Shown here in pieces: positions 51,088-60,431 of a stretch of DNA of 64,000 nt. The stretch is from Candidatus Methanomethylophilaceae archaeon (GTDB lineage: Archaea > Thermoplasmatota > Thermoplasmata > Methanomassiliicoccales > Methanomethylophilaceae). Within the stretch, counting starts at the first letter, position 1, and each line of letters opens with the position of its first letter. The stretch covers positions 1 to 64,000 of the forward strand of contig CALUHR010000013.1 in the NCBI GenBank assembly GCA_944320495.1, given 5' to 3'. The position numbers and the translations under genes were made by a program. Under the pieces are notes generated by a model. The model searched no databases. It worked only from the letters and a program-made list of their open reading frames with translations, and was not told the origin of the DNA.

Positions 51088-51591
51088 TTGACTTTCGCCG
51101 ATCTGACCAACGAGCGCTACTCGTCGAGGAGCTACACGGACGAACCCGTCTCTGATGAGGACATCGTGTCCATCCTCGAGGCCGGGAGGATGGCGCCCAC
51201 CGCCAAGAACCTGCAGCCCGTGAGGGTCATCGTGGCGGACACGCCGGAATCCATCGCGAGGATCGGGAAGGCCGCCGGACCATACGGGGCGACCGTTGCG
51301 CTCATCGTCGTCGCCGACGCCTCCAAGGCCTGGGTTAGGCCCCAGGACGGCAAGAACTTCGGGGACATCGACGCCTCGATCGTCACGACGCAGATGATGT
51401 ACCGCGCCCAGGAACTCGGACTCGGGAGCGTGTGGATCGGGTACTTCGACCCCGCCGTCGTCAAGGAGGCCTTCGGACTCGGGGAGACCGAGGAGGTCTC
51501 TGCGATTCTCGCGGTCGGCCACCGCGCGGACGAGACATCGTCCAACCACGGCAACAGGAAGCCGATGTCGGAGTTCGCTTCAAGGGCCTGA
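51088..51591 (+). CDS. Nitroreductase-family protein
   Basis: RYSSRSY, APTAKNLQP, LGLGSVWIG and RKPMSEF; TTG start. Confidence 0.88.
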   Translation: MTFADLTNERYSSRSYTDEPVSDEDIVSILEAGRMAPTAKNLQPVRVIVADTPESIARIGKAAGPYGATVALIVVADASKAWVRPQDGKNFGDIDASIVTTQMMYRAQELGLGSVWIGYFDPAVVKEAFGLGETEEVSAILAVGHRADETSSNHGNRKPMSEFASRA

Positions 51592-51951
51592 GGCCTGACG
51601 CCCCCTGGCGCAGTCGGCCACGGCCATCCCGTGCGCGTCCATGTAGGATATGCCCCACGAGCACATGTGCTCGATGACGGGCATCAGCGACAGCCCCAGC
51701 TCCGTCAGTGAGTATTCTGTCCTCGGGGGGACCACCGGATAGACGCGACGGCTGATCAGCCCGTCCGCCTCCAGCTCCCTGAGCTGCTTCGTTATCATCT
51801 TGCCCGTGGCCTCCGGCACCAGGGCCTGGATCTCGCTGAACCTCTTCGTTCCCAGCCTCAGGTTCCAGAGAATCACGGACTTGTACTTGCCCCCGATGAG
51901 TTTCACGGTCACCCTCACCGGGCATTCGGCCATGCCCTCCTCCTCGTCCAT
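51580..51951 (-). CDS. HxlR-family transcriptional regulator
   Basis: CPV, IGGKYK, RFSEI, KMITKQLRELEADGL and VPPRTEYSLT. Confidence 0.9.
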   Translation of the reverse strand: MDEEEGMAECPVRVTVKLIGGKYKSVILWNLRLGTKRFSEIQALVPEATGKMITKQLRELEADGLISRRVYPVVPPRTEYSLTELGLSLMPVIEHMCSWGISYMDAHGMAVADCARGRQASGP

Positions 51952-52199
51952 ACCAATACTATACTTTTGGATAGTATATGTCATTTTATACTGTACTTGA
52001 TATAAATAAACAGATAGCCATCATGGAACCAGATGCCTCCAGGCGTCCGCCATCGATATGCCACGAGACGGCCTCCGTCGGGACCGGCCTGCAGAGACCT
52101 GGGGCCGGTCCCGAAACCAGTCTACGATGGCAATGTTTAAGATATCCTAAATGCCTGGAAGGCCATCGGTCCGCCGAGACGGACCCGGAAGTGAATGAT

Positions 52200-52418
52200 A
52201 TGGCCAAGACAACGATCAAGATCGAGGGAATGATGTGCGAGGGCTGCGTGAAGAGCGTCAGAGAGTCCCTCGAGAAGGTGCCCGGCGTCAAGAGCGTCGA
52301 TGTCAACCTGAAGAAGGGCACGGCCGTTGTCCAACAGGACGGCGTGGCCGACGAGGCCCTGATCAAGGCGGTCGTCGACGCGGGCTTCCGCGGAACCGTT
52401 AAGCACGGGCTCTTCCGA
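52200..52418 (+). CDS. copZ: Heavy-metal (copper) chaperone, CopZ-like
   Basis: [13 protein letters not shown] motif. Ends HGLF, then CGA (52416-52418, overlapping the copA ATG), then TGA (52419-52421). Confidence 0.88.
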
Positions 52419-54637
52419 TGAGGACCCGCATATTCCGCGTGGGCGGCATGACATGCGCCGCCTGCGCCAACCGCATCAACACGGCAGTGGAGGCGCTCGA
52501 CGGCGTCCAATCGTGCAACGCCAACATAGGCAACAACACGGCCACCGTGGTATACGACGACTCCGCCATCACAGAGGATACGATTGCGCAGGCCATCATC
52601 GGGGCCGGGTACCAGGTCATCAGCGACGACCGTACCGAAGCCGACAAAGCCGAGCTCAGGGACCTGGCGGTCCGCAGGCGCGACCTGGTACTTGCGATAG
52701 CGTTCGCCGTCCCACTTAGCGTGGTGGCCATGGGCCACATGTTCGGCCTGGACATCGGATTGGAGCCCCTGGCCCTCTGCGCCCTGCAGATCATCCTTCT
52801 GATACCGATACTCTATGCCGGCAGGCGCTTCTTCAGGAAGGGCTACCCGGCGCTCCTCTCCAAGAGCCCCACGATGGACTCGCTCGTATCACTCGGATGC
52901 ACGGCGTCCGTGCTGATGGGGCTCTGGTCCACCTACGAGGTCTGGAACGGGGATGCGTCGGCGGTCCACTCGCTGAGCTTCGACTCTGCGGGCATGATTC
53001 TGGCGCTGGTCAGCATCGGGAAGTACCTGGAGGCGCGCTCCAAGTACAGGACCAACGACTCGCTGAGGAAGCTCCTGGAGATGGCCCCCGACGAGGCCAC
53101 CGTCATCCGCGACGGTACCGAGTCCAGGATACCGTCGTCCGAGCTCGCGATGGGCGACATCGTCCTTATAAGACCAGGCGAAAGGGTGCCGACCGACGCC
53201 ACCGTCATCGATGGGCAGTCGTCCGTCAACGAATCCATGCTCACGGGCGAGAGCATCCCCGTGACCAAGGGCCCCGGCGATATCGTCTACGGGGCGACCG
53301 TGAACGGATCCGGAAGCCTGAGGGCGAAGGTGGAGAGGATCGGCGAGGACACCGTCCTGTTCCAGATAGCCCGCATGATGGAGATGGCCCAGGGGACCAA
53401 GGCTCCCGTGGCCAACATAGCCGACCGCGTGGCCGCCGTGTTCGTGCCGGCGGTCATCGTCATAGCCGCCCTCGCCTGCATCGGTTGGCTGCTGGCCGGC
53501 AGGGGCCCGGAGTTCTCACTCACGATCGCCGTGTCCGTCCTCGTCATCTCGTGCCCGTGCGCCCTCGGCCTGGCCACACCGCTGGCGATAGTCGTCGGCA
53601 CGGGATTGGGGTCCAGGCATGGGATACTCTACAAGACTGCGGCCGCCCTGGAATCCGCCGCCAGGATCGACACCGTCATCCTGGACAAGACGGGTACATG
53701 CACCGTCGGCCGCCCGGAGGTCGTGGAGGTCAGCACATCCATGGACGCGGCGAGGTTCGTGTCCATCGTCGCAGCGGCTGAGACGGACTCGGAGCATCCG
53801 CTCGGAGAGGCCGTGGTGGCATATGCCGCATCAAAGGACATCGCGGTGCCGGAGCACGCCGGGTTCGAGAGCGTCACCGGAGGCGGGGTCAGATGCACCG
53901 TGGACGGGTCCAGGGTCCTCGTCGGGAGCGCGTCCTTCCTCTCGGAGGAGGGCGTGGACATCCCCGAAGGCGCTGACGCCGGAGCATCCGAGGGGCGCAC
54001 CTGCATCCTGGCGGCTATCGACGGCGAATATCGCGGGACCATCTCCATCATGGACCCGGCAAGGGAGGAGAGCCCCTCGGCCGTGGCGGCGCTCAAGGCC
54101 GACGGCATCCGCGTGATGATGGTCACCGGGGACCGCAGGAGCACAGCCGAGCACATCGCCGGCGAGCTAGGCATCGACGATGTCAGGGCGGAGACGAGGC
54201 CCGGCGACAAGCTGGAGATAGTCAAGGAGCTCCAGGTCGCCCAGCGCAGGGTCGCCATGACCGGAGACGGGATCAACGACGCGCCGGCGCTCACCCAGTC
54301 TGACCTGGGCATCGCCGTCGGTTCCGGGACGGACATAGCCATGGAGTCGGCGGACGTCATTCTGATGAACGACGACCTCCGCAGCGTCCCGGCCTCGCTG
54401 GAGATCGGCCGCGCCACTCTTCGCAACATCAAGCAGAACCTGTTCTTCGCATTCTGCTACAACGCGGTGTGCATCCCGATAGCCGCCGGCCTACCGGTCC
54501 TCCTAGGCTACGACGGACTCGTGGACCAGATGCCGATGATATCGGCGGCGGCCATGTCGCTGTCCTCGATATCCGTCGTCACGAACGCCATGAGGCTCAG
54601 GGGCTTCAGGCCCGCCGCCCTAGACGGGCGGAGGTGA
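52418..54637 (+). CDS. copA: Copper-translocating P1B-type ATPase
   Basis: [48 protein letters not shown] and MSLSS. Confidence 0.93.
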   Translation: MRTRIFRVGGMTCAACANRINTAVEALDGVQSCNANIGNNTATVVYDDSAITEDTIAQAIIGAGYQVISDDRTEADKAELRDLAVRRRDLVLAIAFAVPLSVVAMGHMFGLDIGLEPLALCALQIILLIPILYAGRRFFRKGYPALLSKSPTMDSLVSLGCTASVLMGLWSTYEVWNGDASAVHSLSFDSAGMILALVSIGKYLEARSKYRTNDSLRKLLEMAPDEATVIRDGTESRIPSSELAMGDIVLIRPGERVPTDATVIDGQSSVNESMLTGESIPVTKGPGDIVYGATVNGSGSLRAKVERIGEDTVLFQIARMMEMAQGTKAPVANIADRVAAVFVPAVIVIAALACIGWLLAGRGPEFSLTIAVSVLVISCPCALGLATPLAIVVGTGLGSRHGILYKTAAALESAARIDTVILDKTGTCTVGRPEVVEVSTSMDAARFVSIVAAAETDSEHPLGEAVVAYAASKDIAVPEHAGFESVTGGGVRCTVDGSRVLVGSASFLSEEGVDIPEGADAGASEGRTCILAAIDGEYRGTISIMDPAREESPSAVAALKADGIRVMMVTGDRRSTAEHIAGELGIDDVRAETRPGDKLEIVKELQVAQRRVAMTGDGINDAPALTQSDLGIAVGSGTDIAMESADVILMNDDLRSVPASLEIGRATLRNIKQNLFFAFCYNAVCIPIAAGLPVLLGYDGLVDQMPMISAAAMSLSSISVVTNAMRLRGFRPAALDGRR

Positions 54638-55280
54638 CCCTGAGCGTCCCCCCGGAGCGGGACCATTCCCGCTCGGTCGAAACGATTTCCACCGGAGACC
54701 TGTGGAGCGGCGAGTCCAGCGTCATGGACTCGTACTCCCCTCCCTCCCCGACGATGCTTATGCCCGTCCTGGCGCGGATGGCCTTCAGCTCCTCCACGGC
54801 CTCGCGGTCCAGCTCCCTGCCCAGCCACTCCGGGCCGAGCCCCTCCGCGTAGCATCCGACGATGACCGCACGTATGCCCGAGTCGAGGAACCTCTCCATC
54901 ACGAGGTCTTGGTCCTTGCGCCACAGGGGCGTGACCAGCCTGAGGCCCAGGTCCCCGCAGACCATCCCCATACGGTCCCACTGGTAGTCGGACCAGATGG
55001 CCCCGGAGACCACGCCGTCGACGTCCAGACCCTCCAGCGCGCAGCGCAGGCCCTCCATGTCGCCCTCCTCGGTGCCCGAACTGGTGGATGTGACCAGCTC
55101 CTTGCCCATGGCCTCCGCCATGAGCGGGACGACGGACAGGTTCGGCGTGTGGAAGATCCACGAGTCGCTCGCCTCCGGCACCACGTTGACCAGGTACGGG
55201 ACCTCGTGCCCCATCTGCTCGGCCAGATACAGGGAGAATGTGGAATCCTTGCCACCGGAGTACAGAGAAGCCAGCCTCAT
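54606..55280 (-). CDS. dph6: Diphthine--ammonia ligase
   Basis: [23 protein letters not shown] and GEGGEYES. Confidence 0.88.
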   Translation of the reverse strand: MRLASLYSGGKDSTFSLYLAEQMGHEVPYLVNVVPEASDSWIFHTPNLSVVPLMAEAMGKELVTSTSSGTEEGDMEGLRCALEGLDVDGVVSGAIWSDYQWDRMGMVCGDLGLRLVTPLWRKDQDLVMERFLDSGIRAVIVGCYAEGLGPEWLGRELDREAVEELKAIRARTGISIVGEGGEYESMTLDSPLHRSPVEIVSTEREWSRSGGTLRVTSARLGRRA

Positions 55281-55364
55281 GACAGCAGGAATGGGCACCT
55301 GGGATTTAACAGAACCCAAAGGCTAAAAGCACCGGACCCATCGGAGGTCCAGGTTGTGACAGCC

Positions 55365-56069
55365 ATGCCTCTCGAAGCAGCGGAGATGAAGAGGATCGCG
55401 GCCGAGGCCGCGGTCGATGCGTACGTCAAGGACGGAATGAACGTCGGTCTCGGGACCGGCTCCACCGCGTACTACGCCATCCGCAGGATTGGACAGCTCG
55501 TCACGGAGAACGGATACAGGCTCACCTGCGCCGCCACATCTATTCAGAGCGAGGAGATCGCGAAGGGGTTCGGCATCGAGGTCGTGGACATCGACTCCGT
55601 GGGAAAGCTCGACGTCACCATCGACGGCGCCGACGAGATTGACCCCAAGCTCAACCTCATCAAGGGCCTCGGGGGCGCCCTCCTCAGGGAGAAGATCGTC
55701 GCCGCTGCCACCGTCAGGGAGATAATCGTGGCCGACGACTCCAAGCTCGTCGAGAAGCTGGGGACCAAGGCCCCGCTCCCGGTGGAGGTCCTGAAGTTCG
55801 GGCACGAGCACACCAGCTTCGCCCTCAAGAGGCAGGGCTGCGAGCCCGTACTCCGCATGAGGGACGGCGAGCCCTTCGTGACCGACGGGGGGAACTACAT
55901 CTACGACTGCAGGTTCCCCAACGGCATAGACAACCCGTACTTCATCGAGTCCAGGATCGACGTCATCCCCGGCGTCGTCGAGAACGGCCTGTTCCTCAAC
56001 ACCGCATTCGACACCGTCGTCTGCGACCCCGAGGGCAACGTCTCCAAGGCGTCCGAGAGGGAAGCCTGA
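55365..56069 (+). CDS. rpiA: Ribose-5-phosphate isomerase A
   Basis: VGLGTGST, TIDGADE, KGLGGALLREK, TDGGN and GVVENGLF. Confidence 0.96.
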   Translation: MPLEAAEMKRIAAEAAVDAYVKDGMNVGLGTGSTAYYAIRRIGQLVTENGYRLTCAATSIQSEEIAKGFGIEVVDIDSVGKLDVTIDGADEIDPKLNLIKGLGGALLREKIVAAATVREIIVADDSKLVEKLGTKAPLPVEVLKFGHEHTSFALKRQGCEPVLRMRDGEPFVTDGGNYIYDCRFPNGIDNPYFIESRIDVIPGVVENGLFLNTAFDTVVCDPEGNVSKASEREA

Positions 56070-56179
56070 TTCCTGTCACTACTATACGCGCGTATAGGAG
56101 GGGTCCCCCGGCCAGATAATTAGCCTTATATAGGACCCCCCTATTAGCACCTCCCCGTTCACATTCTAGGTGATTCACA

Positions 56180-56458
56180 ATGAAGATGCCCAGGACTGTC
56201 AAGAGATACTGTCCCTACTGCCAGGCCCACACCGAGCAGGAAGTGGAGAGGGTCAAGAAGAAGAAAGCCAGCGAGCTCAAGTGGGGTCAGAGGAGATTCA
56301 GAAAGGTCACCGCCGGATACGGTGGTTTCCCCAGGCCCAAGCCCGAGGGAAGGGAGAAGCCGACCAAGAGGATCAACCTCAGGTACAGGTGCACCCAGTG
56401 CAAGAAGGCCAACATCTCCCCCTGCATCCGCGCGAAGAAGTTCGAGCTCACGGAGTGA
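56180..56458 (+). CDS. rpl44e: 50S ribosomal protein L44e
   Basis: [22 protein letters not shown] and [15 protein letters not shown]. Confidence 0.96.
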   Translation: MKMPRTVKRYCPYCQAHTEQEVERVKKKKASELKWGQRRFRKVTAGYGGFPRPKPEGREKPTKRINLRYRCTQCKKANISPCIRAKKFELTE

Positions 56459-56463
56459 TCCAG

Positions 56464-56631
56464 ATGACTGGAGATTTCATCAAGGTCAAGTGCCCCGACT
56501 GCGAGGCTGAGCAGATCGTTTTCAGAAAGGCCGCCACCAAGGTGACCTGCCACGTCTGCGGTTCCACGCTCGTCGTCCCCAAGGGCGGCGTCGGCGACAT
56601 CAAGGGCGAGATCCTCGAGGTAGTCGGCTGA
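56464..56631 (+). CDS. rps27e: 30S ribosomal protein S27e
   Basis: FIKVKCPDC...QIVF...CHVCG...PKGG. Confidence 0.95.
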   Translation: MTGDFIKVKCPDCEAEQIVFRKAATKVTCHVCGSTLVVPKGGVGDIKGEILEVVG

Positions 56632-57413
56632 TGGCAAGGGTCAGAGGCTTCCCGGAGAACGGCGAGCTCGTCGTGTGCACCGTCAAGAGCGTCAAGAATT
56701 TCGGCGCTTTCGTCTCACTCGACGAGTACGACGACAAGGAGGGATTCGTCCACGTCCGGGACGTCGCCACTGGCTGGGTAAAGTACATCAGGGACTACGT
56801 AAGGGAAGGTCAGAAGGTCGTCTGCAAGGTCCTGGGCGTGGATTCCTCGAAGGGCCACATCGACCTTTCCCTGAAAGCGGTCAACGACCATCAGAAGAGA
56901 GAGAAGATCCAGCAGTGGAAGAACGAGAAGAAGGCCGAGAAGCTGGTGGAGATCGTCGCCGAGAGGATGAAGATCTCCATCGACAAGGCCTACGACCTGT
57001 TCGGGAACGAGCTGCTGGAGGACTACGAGTCCCTCTATGATGCCTTCGAGTCCGCCGTCGCGGACACCGAGGCCTTCCTGGAGGACTACGAGGGCGCGTG
57101 GATCGACACATTCCTGGAGGTTGCCAGGGAGAACGTCGCCCCTCCGTCCGTCCAGATCGACGGCATCCTCGAGATGACCTCCTACGCCCCCAACGGCATG
57201 GAGCTCGTCCGCGACGCCCTGCTCAAGGGCATCGAGGCCGCCGACGGAGCCGACGTGGAGATCACCTGCGTCGGATGCCCCAGATACAGGGTCCTGGTCA
57301 GGGCCCCCGAGTACAAGGAGGCCGAGGAGGTCCTCAGGGACGTCTCCAACGCCGCCATCGGCGACCTGACCTCCAAAGGCGGCACCGCCGCCCTTAAGCG
57401 CGAGAGCAAATGA
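56631..57413 (+). CDS. eif2a: Translation initiation factor 2 subunit alpha
   Basis: FPENGELVVCTV, GAFVSLDEY, KGHIDLSLK and GCPRYR. Confidence 0.96.
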   Translation: MARVRGFPENGELVVCTVKSVKNFGAFVSLDEYDDKEGFVHVRDVATGWVKYIRDYVREGQKVVCKVLGVDSSKGHIDLSLKAVNDHQKREKIQQWKNEKKAEKLVEIVAERMKISIDKAYDLFGNELLEDYESLYDAFESAVADTEAFLEDYEGAWIDTFLEVARENVAPPSVQIDGILEMTSYAPNGMELVRDALLKGIEAADGADVEITCVGCPRYRVLVRAPEYKEAEEVLRDVSNAAIGDLTSKGGTAALKRESK

Positions 57414-57580
57414 GCTCACGCATGAGGCGCTGCGCATCATGCGGGCGCTATTCTCTTGAGGCGGTCTGCCCCGCATGCGGGGCGGCCACCTCCTGTCCGA
57501 TCCCACCTAAGTATTCTCCAGACGACCGTCTCGGCAAGTACCGCCGCCAGCAGGTCATCGAGTCATGGAAGAGGGAGCGA
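57410..57580 (+). CDS. nop10: H/ACA RNP protein Nop10
   Basis: CASCGRYSL...CPACG...PPKYSPDDRLGKYRR. A CGA at 57578-57580 gives 56 aa; the standard code gives a 333-aa ORF running antisense through the next gene. Confidence 0.92.
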
Positions 57581-58141
57581 TCGCTCCCTGTCGTCGTACA
57601 TCACCCTGTACTCCGAAGAGGTGTACAGCGGCGAGAACCAGGCGTACTTGAACCAGCTCCACAGGGACAGCTCGTCCTCCATCATGGGCATGTAGTACCT
57701 GCGTATGGGCGCCCAGAACATCACGGCGATCACGGCGAGAGCGAAGGGCGTCACCAGAAACGGGTTCATGACCACCAGCGACGAGGCCGAGAGCGGATCG
57801 TTCCCGTACCAGGCGATCAGATTGAAGATCACCAGGAGCATCGCGGCGCGTACCGCCTTCTTCCACGCCTTCGGCCTGCGGGACGACACGACGAGCAGGG
57901 AATCCATCGTCACGAGCATCATCGCCATGTCCACCAGGAAGGTGGCGATCGACACGAACTGGTTTCCATAGCCCTCGTTCATGCCCATCGCAAGGACGGC
58001 CAGCTTGGTCAGGTAGATGGCGACGATGATGACAAGGAAAGACTGCGCCACCTTGAGGACGAACGGACGCGCTCCCCTGTGGAAGAGCCCCTCCGCCGTC
58101 TCGGACGGCGACCAGCTCGAATCCTCCCGGAATCTGGGCAT
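57581..58141 (-). CDS. Hypothetical membrane protein (about 4 TM)
   Basis: Several hydrophobic helices and host-like codons. Ends YDDRE then CGA (57583-57581), abutting the nop10 CGA; standard end is 57563. Confidence 0.7.
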
Positions 58142-58185
58142 GTCCGAGGGTATCGGTTTTCTATGGTTAATCGTTTCCAGGACCC

Positions 58186-59085
58186 ATGGAGAGGAACCAA
58201 TGGGCCGACAGGTTCACCGACAACGTGGTCAGACGCACCGAACGCGACAGCGGCACGAGCGTCTACGTCGTGTTCCTCCTCCTGTGCATCCCGATGTTCC
58301 TGGCCATCGTCTTCAGCGTCTTCGTGGTGGAGACCAACCAGGACATATTCGATTCGACGGGCATCATCGAGATCGCGTTCTCGACCATCTTCATCGGCGA
58401 ATGCTGCATAGCCGGGTTCCTGCTCTATTCGTACACCCGCACGGACCACGGCCATCAGGCCAGGGACGTGGAGTGGATGGACGCCCTCATCGGATATGTC
58501 GGATCCAAAGGAGGGGACACCTCGGACATGGAGAGAATCAGGAAGAGCGTCCGCACCTCCGGGTGGAGCGCGAAGAAGACGTTCTCCGGCGCAATGCTCC
58601 TGGTGGACCTGGTCATCCTGGCGGCCATCGGCATAGCCACGTTCCTGGACATCGGCATGCTCTCGGACAGGTCGTTCCAGATGCTGCTGGTCTGCTACGC
58701 CGTGCTGCTCATCCAGTTCGTGTTCACCGTTAGCACCACGGTCAGGTTCCCCTTCAGGCATGACAGGATCCAGTGCGAATTCACGGAGGCCCTCTCCGTA
58801 CAGCTGAGGGGAATCGGAATCCCGATGGAACCGATGCACCGCAGCGTCAGAAGGTCGTACCTGTTGATCCATATCCTGCTGTTCATCGTGACCCTCGGAC
58901 TCTACTCCTGCGTCCTGCTCCTGCTGACCTCGTACCTGACCAGCAGGCATATCAAGACCCAGTGGAAGTACGAACAGAGACTGGTGATGGAGATCATAAG
59001 CTTCGAGGGCGGCGTAGGCATCGAAGGGACCGGAAGCAACCAGCCGAAGAGCGCCGTTGCCAGGTTCCTCAAGAACCTCGTGTGA
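58186..59085 (+). CDS. Hypothetical membrane protein
   Basis: 299 aa with two clusters of hydrophobic helices; host-like codons; TGA stop. Confidence 0.7.
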   Translation: MERNQWADRFTDNVVRRTERDSGTSVYVVFLLLCIPMFLAIVFSVFVVETNQDIFDSTGIIEIAFSTIFIGECCIAGFLLYSYTRTDHGHQARDVEWMDALIGYVGSKGGDTSDMERIRKSVRTSGWSAKKTFSGAMLLVDLVILAAIGIATFLDIGMLSDRSFQMLLVCYAVLLIQFVFTVSTTVRFPFRHDRIQCEFTEALSVQLRGIGIPMEPMHRSVRRSYLLIHILLFIVTLGLYSCVLLLLTSYLTSRHIKTQWKYEQRLVMEIISFEGGVGIEGTGSNQPKSAVARFLKNLV

Positions 59086-59180
59086 CGGTCACCGAAATCG
59101 GTTCTACGGTTTCGACGGTTTCCTCGAATGAAGATGAGGACAGATTAACTTTAAATAAGAGGGCGGTATCCCAAAATCGT

Positions 59181-59292
59181 CCCCACCTAGCTCAGACTGG
59201 CTAGAGCGGCTGACTGTAGAGTGTCTTCGGAAGAAACCGATACAGCCGCTGAAATCAGCAGGTCCCCTGTTCAAATCAGGGGGTGGGGACCA
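59181..59292 (+). tRNA. tRNA-Tyr(GTA) with about 34-nt intron at 37/38 (about 59220-59253), CCA encoded
   Basis: Acceptor CCCCACC/GGTGGGG (C1:G72, the archaeal Tyr identity), D arm GCTC/GAGC, anticodon stem GCTGA/TCAGC with CT-GTA-G, T arm CCCTG-TTCAAAT-CAGGG, discriminator A, then CCA. Confidence 0.9.
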
Positions 59293-59534
59293 TTTCTCAT
59301 CATCCCATCTTATGGCGATGGCCATCGTGTCATTCTACGATTGCCGTTTCGTCTCCGTCCCCGTTCTATTTAAAGATGCGTCCACCTCCGAATTCGGACA
59401 ACCCCTTCGAACCCTGGAAAACAAGATGTGATCGCGATTCCGCGATGAACTGACTGCCGATTCGCGCCTTTATTGATCGTATTTAAACAGTATTTAAACG
59501 CCCATCGGACGATTCCTCATCCAAGGTGATTGGA

Positions 59535-59912
59535 ATGGGAAAGTTCGGCATCAAGCCCACCGCTGACGGCGGATACATGTTCAATCTGATAGCGAACAAC
59601 GGTCAGGTCATCTGCACCTCGCAGGTCTACAAGTCCTTGGCGACGTGCAAGGCAGGTGCCGAGAGCGTCCGCACCAACTGCGCCGTGGACGTCGAGGACC
59701 AGACCGTCGAGGGATACGAGCAGGTGAAGTGCCCCAAGTACGAGATGTACACCGACGTGGCCGGCAAGATCAGATTCAGGCTGAGGGCGAGCAACGGCGA
59801 GATCATAGCGGCATCCCAGGCGTACGCCGACAAGGCGTCCTGTCTGAAGGGCATAAGGAGCATCGGGGCACACGCACCGGATGCGGAGATCGTTGTGCAG
59901 GAGCTGGAGTGA
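59535..59912 (+). CDS. YegP/DUF1508-family protein (two repeats)
   Basis: FNLIANNGQVICTSQVY and FRLRASNGEIIAASQAY; AAGGTGAT SD upstream. Confidence 0.9.
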   Translation: MGKFGIKPTADGGYMFNLIANNGQVICTSQVYKSLATCKAGAESVRTNCAVDVEDQTVEGYEQVKCPKYEMYTDVAGKIRFRLRASNGEIIAASQAYADKASCLKGIRSIGAHAPDAEIVVQELE

Positions 59913-59918
59913 ACATCG

Positions 59919-59942
59919 CGCCCGCCTGCGGGCGGGCGGAAA
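59919..59942. repeat. 24-bp GC-rich palindromic repeat, copy 2
   Basis: Identical to 25705-25728. Confidence 0.75.
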
Positions 59943-60006
59943 ACCATCCGATACGGCAGGAGGTCCATCTAATCGTTCTAAGCCCGCGTCCTGATTCCAT
60001 CCTCCG

Positions 60007-60250
60007 ATGGAGACCAGGAACCTCGTGACCATTGCATTGGTCGCCATCGTCGTGATCGCCGCACTGGCGGCAACGCACTTCCTCTCGGATGACAGAGGGA
60101 AGGGTGGACGCCGACGTGGACTGTGCCGTGTGGGAGGAGGCCCTCGAGGACGACCCAGACACCGGATACATCCTCTACGAGGGACTGGGGCCCCCGTTCA
60201 TCAACACCTCCAATCTTCTGCACGATTCCTGCATTTCCGTGTTGATGTGA
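60007..60250 (+). pseudogene. Frameshifted remnant of a membrane-anchored secreted protein
   Basis: TM leader METRNLVTIALVAIVVIAALAATHFL. Host-like acidic coding continues in the +1 frame from about 60095 (EGRVDADVDCAVWEEALEDDPDTGYILYEG) to TGA at 60248-60250. Confidence 0.5.
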
Positions 60251-60431
60251 CTCCGACTCTGTTGTACGTATAGTGAAGGCAGGAATCGAAGCGGGGAACA
60301 TCGACCAGACTCGATGAGGGACCACCGGATCAGGGTCTGACCGTCCGATGCCATGGTGCCAGACCCTCCGTAAACTACGAAGGGTTCCATAGGCACTTAT
60401 ATGGATAAAGTGTCCTCGTGTTAGTGGTTAT

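Noticed and set aside
330-57583. Frameshift sequencing errors as the cause of the C-terminal run-ons
   Set aside because: All 16 cases coincide with the same in-frame codon at the expected end, and upstream homology is intact without indels. A systematic substitution artefact is not excluded and is listed as a test.
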